In this document: piece by piece, positions 14,365 through 27,432 of the stretch | Layout of the letters: each line of letters opens with the position of its first letter | Position numbering within the stretch: the stretch's first letter is position 1 | NCBI GenBank assembly: GCA_038496445.1 | Contig: JALMLS010000147.1 | Location: 1 to 39,277 of the forward strand | Length of the DNA stretch: 39,277 nt | Source: Trichosphaerium sp. ATCC 40318 | Lineage: Eukaryota > Protista > Tubulinea | Direction: 5' to 3' | The notes under the pieces: generated by a model | The model's database searches: none | Told to the model about the DNA's origin: nothing | Seen by the model: the letters and a program-made list of their open reading frames with translations, nothing else | Made by a program: the position numbers and the translations under genes

Positions 14365-16232
14365 TTATTCTTTAGGCTCTTGTTTTTTTTTTTCCCATAA
14401 ATTATCTCACTCTATTTCTTTTTTTTTTCTTCAAACCTCGTCAAACTCAGCCTCTGGCTTTTCTTCTATTTTAACTTTTCTTTGAGATACTTCATCAAAA
14501 TAAGCAGCTCATCTTGTTCGCAACCTTGTTATAAAGTTATTACTCTTACCTCCTAAATTTTCTTCATTTAATTCTCTTAATGCTTCAGCTTCTATGGTAA
14601 GTTGATGATAAAAATCCTCTTTTCATGGATAATAAGTATCTTCTTTAAAATCATTGAATTTTATTACCATATCTTCATAAAAATTATCTCATAACTCTTT
14701 TATAGGTTCTACTATAACATCTTTAAAAAAACTCCACTTAGACGGTGTTTTTTTAAAGACTCAAATAAAAAAATTACCTCGTTTTTTATTTCATTTTTTA
14801 ATATAAAAATCATTACCAAATAAGGTATTTATCTTATTTCTTTTTAATGTTCAATTAATATTTTTTTTTTTGAAATTTTTTTTTTTTTTTAATCTTTTGC
14901 CCAAATCTCTTCAAATAATTTCTAAACTTTTCTCATTTTTTTTACTTAGATTATTAGAGCTTCTTAACTTTTTATTTTCATCAATTTCCGGAAACATTTT
15001 ATATTCAATTTCAGATATACCTTCTCTATATCTTAAATCTATATTAAAAACCCTTCTATATAAACGTCTTTCTAATTCTTGCTGATCTCTTCTTAAATGA
15101 AAAAATAAATCAAACATTTTCCCATAATGCATTACAAATTTTATTTTACTTTCTTTCTTATAACTTAAACCTAATAAATAAAATTTTTTAAGCATCAATT
15201 TCTGAATTTTATATTCAAAATAATCCAAAACTAGCAACTCATAATTATTTAAAGTATAAATATCTTTTTTAAAATTCATTATATCTCTAAATTTTCTTTT
15301 TTTATTATTATATGTATTTAAAATTTTTCATAAAATATAAAGATCTTTAGTTAGAATTTTTTGCGTTTTTTTTTCTAATTTTCTTGCTATAGCTTTCCTT
15401 TTTTCTTCATATGTCTCATCTAAAATATCTATATTGTTTTCTTTTATTCATTCTTTTTCATATTTTTTTAATATTTTCATTTGCTCCTTGTTTTTTTTTT
15501 CTTCTATTTCTTTAATAAAAAATTTAGGTGACGTCACCTCGCTTCATTTTCTTGCTTTTTCTTTTATATAATTTATATTATTTATTTTTGAATTTCTAAT
15601 TTTTACTATGGAATCACCCAAAAAATTAAATAAATCAGGTATTTCTTTTAAAAATAAATCTGTCGATCTAATCAATTTTGTCTCTTTTTTTATTTTTTCT
15701 ATATATAATTTATATTTTTGATCTTCTTTTAAATTTTTAAATTCTTTTTTATTTAAATTTGATTCTTTTTTTAAATAAAACTCTCATCAATAACTTAATC
15801 TATTTATTTTTATATTTTTTTTTTTTTTCCTTTTCAAAATCGATTTAAATTTAAATTTTCTCTAGCATATACTACACGATGATATGGAAAATTCATAAGT
15901 TTTCTATAATAATAAGAATATACCACACTATAATCTCCCAATAACCTTAAACTATATAAACCAAACACATTAGCATCATCGGTTGTTCTCATAAATGATC
16001 TATAATAATCTATTCATGTGTATCTTACTGGATAATAATATTTGAACAGTAATCATCATTTTGCACCATATTGTCTATAACGATTTCAATCTGCTGGAAT
16101 AAAACAATAATCTCACACATAAGCCAACTCTCCTAATTGTTCCGATTTTTTATAACGAGCTTCTTTTCCACAACCACGTAACCCAAAAAGAATAAAAAAA
16201 GATCTATGTCATCTTTTTTTATCGTTAGACAT
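14365..16232 (-). CDS. ~622-aa ORF, copy 3
   Basis: Reverse complement of 23829-25696, with 1-nt homopolymer differences. Confidence 0.72.
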
Positions 16233-16251
16233 AATCTTATTTCTAAAAAAA

Positions 16252-17649
16252 TTAGTTTGTCTTTTTTGAAATAAATATCAATAATTTCTTCACATACCCA
16301 TTGATCAACAAACCGCAATGTATTCATCTATTTATTCTTATCTTTAATTTAACTCCATCGCTGTATATTTGCTTCTGTAAAATTCCAATTTTTTTCCATT
16401 TTATATTCTGGTATAGACCATATTGCTTTCATCAGTTGTTCATTCAACAAACGTGAACCTTTCTTATACGGAGTATACATGCTTTTAATGTCCTATAACC
16501 TTCTCCTACACCCAGCATTGCTAATTTTCTCATAGGATATTCGCTACGTGTTAAATGTATTCAATTTCAACCAAAATGATTAAGATTTCAATACATTTTT
16601 CCAAAATTAAAAAAAAATTCACTACGTGAAACTGGTTCAGCATCGTTCTCTAAATCTTTTTCATATCTTTTTTTTGGTGGCGAAATTGCAAACTCTTCAC
16701 CTCTTTCTTTAGCAATAATATCTTGTTTAAACTCCTCACTTTTTATTAAAGACATTTCTAAATATTTATATACATTTTCATCTTTACATCATTTATCTAA
16801 TGCACCAGGACCTAGTTTAAAATTTCTAAAAGATCTGTTGGATACTTTTTGTTTATATATATAATTTCTTCCCTTTGTATAGTATCTTTTGGCTTTAATA
16901 TAATTTAATAAATATTTATCTCTCAATTTTTTATCTCTTTTTAATTTAAAATTAATTCTATTCATTAATTTACCTAATTTTGTTAATTTTTTCTTTTGTT
17001 TTTTTGAGTCCTCTCAACTTATACCATGTACTTTTTCATAATTTATTGCTGGCATGGGCACAGCAACAACTTCCTTGCTTCCCGTATAAAAATTTGGTAC
17101 CGTTATATATAATTGTTCGGATTCATCTCCGGATAACTTTCTATCATAGTAATATAATCCGTAGCTACTTCATTTCTTGCATCCAAACCATTTATCTGCA
17201 TTCTGTACCGCACCTTATCTAATTTTATTCTTTCTTTGTACGCATTCATAATCTCCAATTTATCATGAATATATCTAGGTACTCTTCAAGGCTCTTTCTA
17301 ACCAAATCTGCTCTGCCTCTACCAGCAACTATAACCTACAAAAAACTCACTTTCCCAAAAATTCATCTACTAAGCTCCCTTTTATTTAGCAAGACGTTTT
17401 TGGTATATAACGAATCAACTCCATATAAAGTTCTTCTAAAAACCACAAAGGAATTAAAGATAAATACTTTGGCATTGGCTTTTTAGTCCATTTTAACAAT
17501 ATTATATATTCTATAAATCATAAAAATAAAAAACTAATCAAACAAAGAACCTACAATACTAGGTAAAATAACCATAAAACATTTAACTTAAAATTAGAAC
17601 CTAAATCCAACAATTTTTTAAAAACCAATCCTATAATAATTATGTTCAT
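16252..17649 (-). CDS. Mirror copy of the unknown gene at 22412-23809
   Basis: Reverse complement within inverted repeat 1. Confidence 0.48.
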
Positions 17650-17697
17650 TTTTATAAAAACTCTATTATCTACATTTATTAAATTAACTTATATAAA

Positions 17698-18465
17698 TTA
17701 AATGATTTTAAATCCTCTTAAAAAAATTACCAAATAAATAAATAATAGCTGTCTTTCTTTAACAAACTTAATAATGCTTAATTTCCGTACTTTCTTTTTA
17801 AATTTCGCTTTATTTTCATCCAAATTATATATATTTAATAAATCATAAGAATATTCTAAATCTTTTAAAATATCATTAAACGTATAATTTTCTAATTTAT
17901 ATATTTGTAACATGTCATATATATAATTATATATATTTAAAATATCATCAAAAGTATAACTATCTAATTTATATTTTTTTAATATGTCATGTATATAATT
18001 ATATATATTTTTATTATTTCAAAGAGTAAAAATATATACATCTAATTTATATAATTTTAATATATCATATATATATATATAATCGTAAAAATTTATATTA
18101 GTATTATTTCAAAGAGTAAAAATATATACATCTAATTTATATAATTTTAATAATTTATAAAAATAAAAATCTAATAAAAAAAAATTCAAATTTGAATTAC
18201 CTAAATCATATAAATTTAAAAAATCTTTATAGAAAAAATTATTAGATTTTAAATAAAAATAAATAGAATCAAATTTACCTAAATTATATAATTTTAATAT
18301 ATCATAAGAATTAAAATGGAGAAAGAAAAAAAGGGAATCCAAAAATATTGTTTTATAACTGACAGCAGGATTTAAATTTAAATCCTGCTGTCAGTTATAA
18401 AACAATATTTTTGGATTCCCTTTTTTTCTTTCTCCATTTAATTTAAAAATATAATTTCTATACAT
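17698..18465 (-). CDS. ORF255 mirror copy
   Basis: Reverse complement of 21596-22363. Confidence 0.62.
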
Positions 18466-18590
18466 ATTTTTTCTTTTTTTTAAGTCTATATAAGAAGATA
18501 AATCCTGATAATTTTAACCTTGTAACTTATCCCTTCACATTTGGTGTTTTTATTAAGGATCTATCAAATATTCTTTATTTTTTTTTATTT

Positions 18591-19956
18591 TTATTTTAGT
18601 ATTCTATCACTATACACCATTCATAATTTATACCCAATAACTCCCAAAACGTATATTAAATAAACTATAATAAAATACTCCCATCCAAAATACATCTTAA
18701 ATTAATGCCGGATCTTTTTATAGTTTTACATAATAACTTAAGCTTCTAGTTTACTAAATCAGCTCATTTTGCTATATACCATATTCACTAAAATCATTCA
18801 AATTATACCAATTAATATATCTTTAGCTGTTATAAACTATCTATTTTTTTATTTTGCATTCTCTTATAAAATTACTTTTATTATAAATTAAACTCATTTT
18901 TCTTGGCACTTTTTAATATTGCAGAACTTAATACAATTCTTTATTTTCCAACCTTAACCGGGAGTATCCTTTCTCAATCTGATTTTTCTTGATAATTTAC
19001 ATCCAATCATTAAATAAATAACCCGATATATTTTTTAACTTTTTGGTTTGATTTTGCTTTAACTTAGTTAAAGCAAAATCAAACAAACCGCCCTTTCAAT
19101 AACGTGTCACATCTTGCACCATCTATTAATTTGCCTGATAATACACTTCATCTACCTTTTCACAACGCTTAGCATAACTATAAAACGTAAGCTATATTTA
19201 AGCAACTATCTGGATTTCACGTACTAACTAGATAAGAATACCATCTATTCAATTCTCTAAATATAATTTACGTCCATGTATATCTTGCATGTACAAACAA
19301 ATCTATCTAGTTTCCATTATGATTGAATCACTCGTGAAAAATAATACCCAAGATCAAAAAATTGAATTTCTTTCCATTAACACTGATATTCCTCTGGAGC
19401 CCCTTTAAAGGCTTTTTATAATATTCCAAAATAAATCATCTTCAAAAATAAACCTATTACATGTATACACTGCCCAAAAATAATACAACTCATAAGTGCG
19501 GTATATTTTCTACAGGACTTCTTCCTCTATCATATCATAATAACTAAAATCTACCCATCTCTCATACCTCAAGCATTTCTACATTTACCCTTCTACATTC
19601 AAATTTTCTAACATATTTATACTACTCTTTCATAAATGAACATTCATCCATATCTGCTTCAACCCAGCTAAAGCTTCGTCCCTATTCAATCATATAAATT
19701 ATTTTCCGGAGATTCAAATCTTTATCTTCCGTTGAACTAAATATTCCTTACCATATCTTCAAAATAAATTTCCAAATCCACTATATCTTCTCATATTCAT
19801 CATCTGGATCTTGTTCCGCGTCACTTTTAAACCATAATAGGATTTTATCCCGTATGAATATCAGGCACTTCATCAAAAAGAAAACTGAACCTGATGCTAC
19901 ATCTCACTATTATCCAAATTATATCTGCTGCCTTCTGCACATTTGATTTTTCTTGT
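18591..19956 (-). CDS. Mirror copy of the unidentified cryptogene
   Basis: Reverse complement of 20105-21470. Confidence 0.42.
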
Positions 19957-21470
19957 TTTTGAGAGAGTATGATCCAGAAATGGATTCGATGTGCGGGATG
20001 ATCTTGTGTCTAGTTATATACAGGTGAACAAATAGTTGAGATTTTGATGAAGAATTTATGATGACTTAGATGCTATAGAGAACGTGTTTTAATGTTACTT
20101 ATATACAAGAAAAATCAAATGTGCAGAAGGCAGCAGATATAATTTGGATAATAGTGAGATGTAGCATCAGGTTCAGTTTTCTTTTTGATGAAGTGCCTGA
20201 TATTCATACGGGATAAAATCCTATTATGGTTTAAAAGTGACGCGGAACAAGATCCAGATGATGAATATGAGAAGATATAGTGGATTTGGAAATTTATTTT
20301 GAAGATATGGTAAGGAATATTTAGTTCAACGGAAGATAAAGATTTGAATCTCCGGAAAATAATTTATATGATTGAATAGGGACGAAGCTTTAGCTGGGTT
20401 GAAGCAGATATGGATGAATGTTCATTTATGAAAGAGTAGTATAAATATGTTAGAAAATTTGAATGTAGAAGGGTAAATGTAGAAATGCTTGAGGTATGAG
20501 AGATGGGTAGATTTTAGTTATTATGATATGATAGAGGAAGAAGTCCTGTAGAAAATATACCGCACTTATGAGTTGTATTATTTTTGGGCAGTGTATACAT
20601 GTAATAGGTTTATTTTTGAAGATGATTTATTTTGGAATATTATAAAAAGCCTTTAAAGGGGCTCCAGAGGAATATCAGTGTTAATGGAAAGAAATTCAAT
20701 TTTTTGATCTTGGGTATTATTTTTCACGAGTGATTCAATCATAATGGAAACTAGATAGATTTGTTTGTACATGCAAGATATACATGGACGTAAATTATAT
20801 TTAGAGAATTGAATAGATGGTATTCTTATCTAGTTAGTACGTGAAATCCAGATAGTTGCTTAAATATAGCTTACGTTTTATAGTTATGCTAAGCGTTGTG
20901 AAAAGGTAGATGAAGTGTATTATCAGGCAAATTAATAGATGGTGCAAGATGTGACACGTTATTGAAAGGGCGGTTTGTTTGATTTTGCTTTAACTAAGTT
21001 AAAGCAAAATCAAACCAAAAAGTTAAAAAATATATCGGGTTATTTATTTAATGATTGGATGTAAATTATCAAGAAAAATCAGATTGAGAAAGGATACTCC
21101 CGGTTAAGGTTGGAAAATAAAGAATTGTATTAAGTTCTGCAATATTAAAAAGTGCCAAGAAAAATGAGTTTAATTTATAATAAAAGTAATTTTATAAGAG
21201 AATGCAAAATAAAAAAATAGATAGTTTATAACAGCTAAAGATATATTAATTGGTATAATTTGAATGATTTTAGTGAATATGGTATATAGCAAAATGAGCT
21301 GATTTAGTAAACTAGAAGCTTAAGTTATTATGTAAAACTATAAAAAGATCCGGCATTAATTTAAGATGTATTTTGGATGGGAGTATTTTATTATAGTTTA
21401 TTTAATATACGTTTTGGGAGTTATTGGGTATAAATTATGAATGGTGTATAGTGATAGAATACTAAAATAA
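19957..21470 (+). CDS. Unidentified putative cryptogene (acidic, frequently frameshifted), 5'-truncated
   Basis: Codon-like segments linked by single missing bases, e.g. SDAEQDPDDEYE [g]aa DIVDLEIYFEDMVRN; PENNLYD tg[g] NRDEALA gg[g] VEADMDECSFMKE. It has the same G-over-C strand skew as nad2 and nad4. Boundaries are approximate. Confidence 0.45.
20977..21015. repeat. 19-bp stem with a 1-nt loop
   Basis: GTTTGATTTTGCTTTAACT A AGTTAAAGCAAAATCAAAC. Confidence 0.85.
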
Positions 21471-21595
21471 AAATAAAAAAAAATAAAGAATATTTGATAG
21501 ATCCTTAATAAAAACACCAAATGTGAAGGGATAAGTTACAAGGTTAAAATTATCAGGATTTATCTTCTTATATAGACTTAAAAAAAAGAAAAAAT

Positions 21596-22363
21596 ATGTA
21601 TAGAAATTATATTTTTAAATTAAATGGAGAAAGAAAAAAAGGGAATCCAAAAATATTGTTTTATAACTGACAGCAGGATTTAAATTTAAATCCTGCTGTC
21701 AGTTATAAAACAATATTTTTGGATTCCCTTTTTTTCTTTCTCCATTTTAATTCTTATGATATATTAAAATTATATAATTTAGGTAAATTTGATTCTATTT
21801 ATTTTTATTTAAAATCTAATAATTTTTTCTATAAAGATTTTTTAAATTTATATGATTTAGGTAATTCAAATTTGAATTTTTTTTTATTAGATTTTTATTT
21901 TTATAAATTATTAAAATTATATAAATTAGATGTATATATTTTTACTCTTTGAAATAATACTAATATAAATTTTTACGATTATATATATATATATGATATA
22001 TTAAAATTATATAAATTAGATGTATATATTTTTACTCTTTGAAATAATAAAAATATATATAATTATATACATGACATATTAAAAAAATATAAATTAGATA
22101 GTTATACTTTTGATGATATTTTAAATATATATAATTATATATATGACATGTTACAAATATATAAATTAGAAAATTATACGTTTAATGATATTTTAAAAGA
22201 TTTAGAATATTCTTATGATTTATTAAATATATATAATTTGGATGAAAATAAAGCGAAATTTAAAAAGAAAGTACGGAAATTAAGCATTATTAAGTTTGTT
22301 AAAGAAAGACAGCTATTATTTATTTATTTGGTAATTTTTTTAAGAGGATTTAAAATCATTTAA
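21596..22363 (+). CDS. ORF255: unknown Tyr/Leu/Lys-rich protein with internal degenerate repeats (YDILKLYKLD-like)
   Basis: ATG 21596 to TAA 22363 is open in code 4 and joins the supplied 77-aa and 71-aa ORFs through TGA codons. It reads through a 126-bp palindrome. Confidence 0.65.
21622..21747. repeat. Perfect 126-bp palindrome with no loop, inside ORF255
   Basis: Centre GATTTAAA|TTTAAATC at 21684/21685; mirrored at 18314-18439. Confidence 0.95.
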
Positions 22364-22411
22364 TTTATATAAGTTAATTTAATAAATGTAGATAATAGAG
22401 TTTTTATAAAA

Positions 22412-23809
22412 ATGAACATAATTATTATAGGATTGGTTTTTAAAAAATTGTTGGATTTAGGTTCTAATTTTAAGTTAAATGTTTTATGGTTATTTTACCT
22501 AGTATTGTAGGTTCTTTGTTTGATTAGTTTTTTATTTTTATGATTTATAGAATATATAATATTGTTAAAATGGACTAAAAAGCCAATGCCAAAGTATTTA
22601 TCTTTAATTCCTTTGTGGTTTTTAGAAGAACTTTATATGGAGTTGATTCGTTATATACCAAAAACGTCTTGCTAAATAAAAGGGAGCTTAGTAGATGAAT
22701 TTTTGGGAAAGTGAGTTTTTTGTAGGTTATAGTTGCTGGTAGAGGCAGAGCAGATTTGGTTAGAAAGAGCCTTGAAGAGTACCTAGATATATTCATGATA
22801 AATTGGAGATTATGAATGCGTACAAAGAAAGAATAAAATTAGATAAGGTGCGGTACAGAATGCAGATAAATGGTTTGGATGCAAGAAATGAAGTAGCTAC
22901 GGATTATATTACTATGATAGAAAGTTATCCGGAGATGAATCCGAACAATTATATATAACGGTACCAAATTTTTATACGGGAAGCAAGGAAGTTGTTGCTG
23001 TGCCCATGCCAGCAATAAATTATGAAAAAGTACATGGTATAAGTTGAGAGGACTCAAAAAAACAAAAGAAAAAATTAACAAAATTAGGTAAATTAATGAA
23101 TAGAATTAATTTTAAATTAAAAAGAGATAAAAAATTGAGAGATAAATATTTATTAAATTATATTAAAGCCAAAAGATACTATACAAAGGGAAGAAATTAT
23201 ATATATAAACAAAAAGTATCCAACAGATCTTTTAGAAATTTTAAACTAGGTCCTGGTGCATTAGATAAATGATGTAAAGATGAAAATGTATATAAATATT
23301 TAGAAATGTCTTTAATAAAAAGTGAGGAGTTTAAACAAGATATTATTGCTAAAGAAAGAGGTGAAGAGTTTGCAATTTCGCCACCAAAAAAAAGATATGA
23401 AAAAGATTTAGAGAACGATGCTGAACCAGTTTCACGTAGTGAATTTTTTTTTAATTTTGGAAAAATGTATTGAAATCTTAATCATTTTGGTTGAAATTGA
23501 ATACATTTAACACGTAGCGAATATCCTATGAGAAAATTAGCAATGCTGGGTGTAGGAGAAGGTTATAGGACATTAAAAGCATGTATACTCCGTATAAGAA
23601 AGGTTCACGTTTGTTGAATGAACAACTGATGAAAGCAATATGGTCTATACCAGAATATAAAATGGAAAAAAATTGGAATTTTACAGAAGCAAATATACAG
23701 CGATGGAGTTAAATTAAAGATAAGAATAAATAGATGAATACATTGCGGTTTGTTGATCAATGGGTATGTGAAGAAATTATTGATATTTATTTCAAAAAAG
23801 ACAAACTAA
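22412..23809 (+). CDS. Unknown gene or 5' part of the large ORF: sparsely frameshifted hydrophobic N-terminus, then ~320 open codons
   Basis: ATG at 22412. Successive protein-like segments can be linked by adding one base at a time. The frame 22847-23809 is open in code 4 (…ADKWFGCKKWSSYG…SKKTN*). Confidence 0.5.
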
Positions 23810-23828
23810 TTTTTTTAGAAATAAGATT

Positions 23829-25696
23829 ATGTCTAACGATAAAAAAAGATGACATAGATCTTTTTTTATTCTTTTTGGGTTACGTGGTTGTGGAAAAGAA
23901 GCTCGTTATAAAAAATCGGAACAATTAGGAGAGTTGGCTTATGTGTGAGATTATTGTTTTATTCCAGCAGATTGAAATCGTTATAGACAATATGGTGCAA
24001 AATGATGATTACTGTTCAAATATTATTATCCAGTAAGATACACATGAATAGATTATTATAGATCATTTATGAGAACAACCGATGATGCTAATGTGTTTGG
24101 TTTATATAGTTTAAGGTTATTGGGAGATTATAGTGTGGTATATTCTTATTATTATAGAAAACTTATGAATTTTCCATATCATCGTGTAGTATATGCTAGA
24201 GAAAATTTAAATTTAAATCGATTTTGAAAAGGAAAAAAAAAAAAAAATATAAAAATAAATAGATTAAGTTATTGATGAGAGTTTTATTTAAAAAAAGAAT
24301 CAAATTTAAATAAAAAAGAATTTAAAAATTTAAAAGAAGATCAAAAATATAAATTATATATAGAAAAAATAAAAAAAGAGACAAAATTGATTAGATCGAC
24401 AGATTTATTTTTAAAAGAAATACCTGATTTATTTAATTTTTTGGGTGATTCCATAGTAAAAATTAGAAATTCAAAAATAAATAATATAAATTATATAAAA
24501 GAAAAAGCAAGAAAATGAAGCGAGGTGACGTCACCTAAATTTTTTATTAAAGAAATAGAAGAAAAAAAAAACAAGGAGCAAATGAAAATATTAAAAAAAT
24601 ATGAAAAAGAATGAATAAAAGAAAACAATATAGATATTTTAGATGAGACATATGAAGAAAAAAGGAAAGCTATAGCAAGAAAATTAGAAAAAAAAACGCA
24701 AAAAATTCTAACTAAAGATCTTTATATTTTATGAAAAATTTTAAATACATATAATAATAAAAAAAGAAAATTTAGAGATATAATGAATTTTAAAAAAGAT
24801 ATTTATACTTTAAATAATTATGAGTTGCTAGTTTTGGATTATTTTGAATATAAAATTCAGAAATTGATGCTTAAAAAATTTTATTTATTAGGTTTAAGTT
24901 ATAAGAAAGAAAGTAAAATAAAATTTGTAATGCATTATGGGAAAATGTTTGATTTATTTTTTCATTTAAGAAGAGATCAGCAAGAATTAGAAAGACGTTT
25001 ATATAGAAGGGTTTTTAATATAGATTTAAGATATAGAGAAGGTATATCTGAAATTGAATATAAAATGTTTCCGGAAATTGATGAAAATAAAAAGTTAAGA
25101 AGCTCTAATAATCTAAGTAAAAAAAATGAGAAAAGTTTAGAAATTATTTGAAGAGATTTGGGCAAAAGATTAAAAAAAAAAAAAAATTTCAAAAAAAAAA
25201 ATATTAATTGAACATTAAAAAGAAATAAGATAAATACCTTATTTGGTAATGATTTTTATATTAAAAAATGAAATAAAAAACGAGGTAATTTTTTTATTTG
25301 AGTCTTTAAAAAAACACCGTCTAAGTGGAGTTTTTTTAAAGATGTTATAGTAGAACCTATAAAAGAGTTATGAGATAATTTTTATGAAGATATGGTAATA
25401 AAATTCAATGATTTTAAAGAAGATACTTATTATCCATGAAAAGAGGATTTTTATCATCAACTTACCATAGAAGCTGAAGCATTAAGAGAATTAAATGAAG
25501 AAAATTTAGGAGGTAAGAGTAATAACTTTATAACAAGGTTGCGAACAAGATGAGCTGCTTATTTTGATGAAGTATCTCAAAGAAAAGTTAAAATAGAAGA
25601 AAAGCCAGAGGCTGAGTTTGACGAGGTTTGAAGAAAAAAAAAAGAAATAGAGTGAGATAATTTATGGGAAAAAAAAAACAAGAGCCTAAAGAATAA
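23829..25696 (+). CDS. ORF of ~622 aa, Lys/Glu/Trp-rich, unknown function; no editing-type frameshifts
   Basis: The frame is open from 23730 if TGA=Trp (MSNDKKRWHRSFF...LAYVWDYCFIPADWNRYRQ...EIEWDNLWEKKKQEPKE). It includes the supplied 122-aa ORF. The terminal poly-A differs by 1 nt between copies, so the stop is taken from copies 1-3. Confidence 0.75.
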
Positions 25697-26003
25697 ATGT
25701 GCCAATAAAATAAAATAAATAGTTAACTTTTTATTTTATTTTATTGGCACATTTATTCTTTAGGCTCTTGTTTTTTTTTTTGTTTTTTTGGTATGTAAAA
25801 AACACTGTGTAGGGTGGGGAATTTTGTTTTTTTGGTATAAAAAAAAAACAAAATAGATAATTTATGAGAAGAAAAAAGCCTAAAGAATAAAATTCCCCAC
25901 CCTAGGCGGAAAAAACTTAAATAAATAGTGGTATATTTTCTATTATTATACCACTATTTATTTAAGTTTTTTCCGCCTACGGCAAGTATCGCTATTCGAA
26001 TAG
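25669..26003. repeat. Intergenic hairpin cluster between the large ORF and nad2 (possible termination, processing or origin region); present in all five copies
   Basis: 112-bp palindrome at 25669-25780 (1 mismatch) spanning the stop codon; TAGGGTGGGGAATTTT (25810-25825) pairs with 25889-25904; 33-bp stem at 25903-25935/25947-25979; CTATTCGAATAG at 25992-26003. Confidence 0.85.
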
Positions 26004-26053
26004 TTATAATATATATAAGTAAAAAAAAGTATTAATATAGACTTATATATAAG

Positions 26054-27428
26054 ATGGCTAATCTATTTTATTTTTATTTAGAAGAGAGATTCTTATTTTA
26101 TTTTTATTTGGTGATTAATTTTTGGTACTAGTTTACAAATTTGAGGAAAAAGTGCAGGATTCTTGCAAAAGATTTAGGATTATTATGTTTTGTTTTTCAA
26201 TTTTAAGCTTTAGTTGTGCGCGTTAATGCAGTGATATGACTGGATCAAACTTATTTTGATGCTTCGGTTGTATCTATTTAAAAGTGTTATAGTGTGCTTC
26301 TTTTTTTTTTTGACTTCTATGAGGAAAGTGATTCCTACAATGGTGTTTACTTAATTTATGTATATGTTATGTAGTTTTTTAATATTATCGTTTTCGAGTT
26401 GTTGTGTTGTTGAGTTGTTTTAGAATTATTAGAATTTGTTTCTATATTTTATTAAGTGTAGGTCGAATAAAGTTTCTAAATCTGAGCAGCCCTAAAATAT
26501 TTAATTTTTAATAAATTAGCTCAGGATTTATTTTTATAGGTTGTGTTATTTTTTGACTTAAGAGTTCATGTGGTCGTATAAGTTTATAGAGTGGGTGTGG
26601 ATTTTTATATTTGGATGGTTTATTATCGTAGGGTTATCTCTATTTTTATGTGTTTATTTATAAAATTAGGGATATTTCCGTTTAATTTTTGATTGTTGAT
26701 AGCTATGAGGCAGGTTCTTTGGGGCTTTAAGTATTTTAACAGTAGTAAGTAAAATAGTGACCTTGATGTTTTTTTGAAAGTATTTTTTGTATTGATACAA
26801 ATTGAAGAAATAAGTCAATAATAACAGTATTTTCAGTTATTAGCATGTGGTTTTTGTATTTTTAGGTGTTAGTCAAATAAGATTAGAAGAATTTGAGCGT
26901 ATAGCTCAGTGTAAATTTAAGTTATTTATTATTAGCATGTAATACTGCATCTCATTTAGTTTTTTATGTATTTTAATTTATTTGGTATTTATATGCTTGT
27001 AAGCATGGGTTTTTTTTTAATTTGTTTATTTTGTTAAGTCATTTACAAAATAGAGTATAGTAAATATGTTAGATTTTTTAAATTTAATCATATAGCGTTT
27101 CGTGAAGTATATTTTTTTGATTAAGTTTTTTATCTGTAGCAGGATTACCTCCGCTAATGGCTTTTTTTCTAAATTTTTGTTAATATCGAGTTTATTAGCG
27201 GTAGTGATTGATTACTTGCTATATTTTGCATTTTAGTCGTATTTTTGCATTAAGTTTTATTTAAACGTTTTCAAGGATTCCTGTTTGGTAAATTTTGAGG
27301 ATGAGGCTTATATATAAGGCGAGACGAAATATTTATTATATGTTAGCTTTTTTTTTATGGCTAATATTTTATTTATTTTAATTATGATGTTTTATTTTTA
27401 TTGATATAGATATGTTAATTTAATTTAA
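26054..27428 (+). CDS. nad2: NADH dehydrogenase subunit 2, cryptogene (needs many single-nt insertions; TGA=Trp); best-quality copy
   Basis: Motifs read after restoring one base: tct ga[g] gca gcc cta aaa tat = SEAALKY; FIKLGIFPFNFW(tga) tt[g] VDSYEAG; KIRRIW(tga)AYSS; LSVAGLPPLM g[g]c FFSKF. ATG at 26054. The stop at ~27426-27428 is approximate because the frame depends on the insertions. Confidence 0.9.
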
Positions 27429-27432
27429 ATTA

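Noticed and set aside
21750-22200. CRISPR-like array
   Set aside because: The units are degenerate, in frame within ORF255 and lack unique spacers; no cas genes are present.
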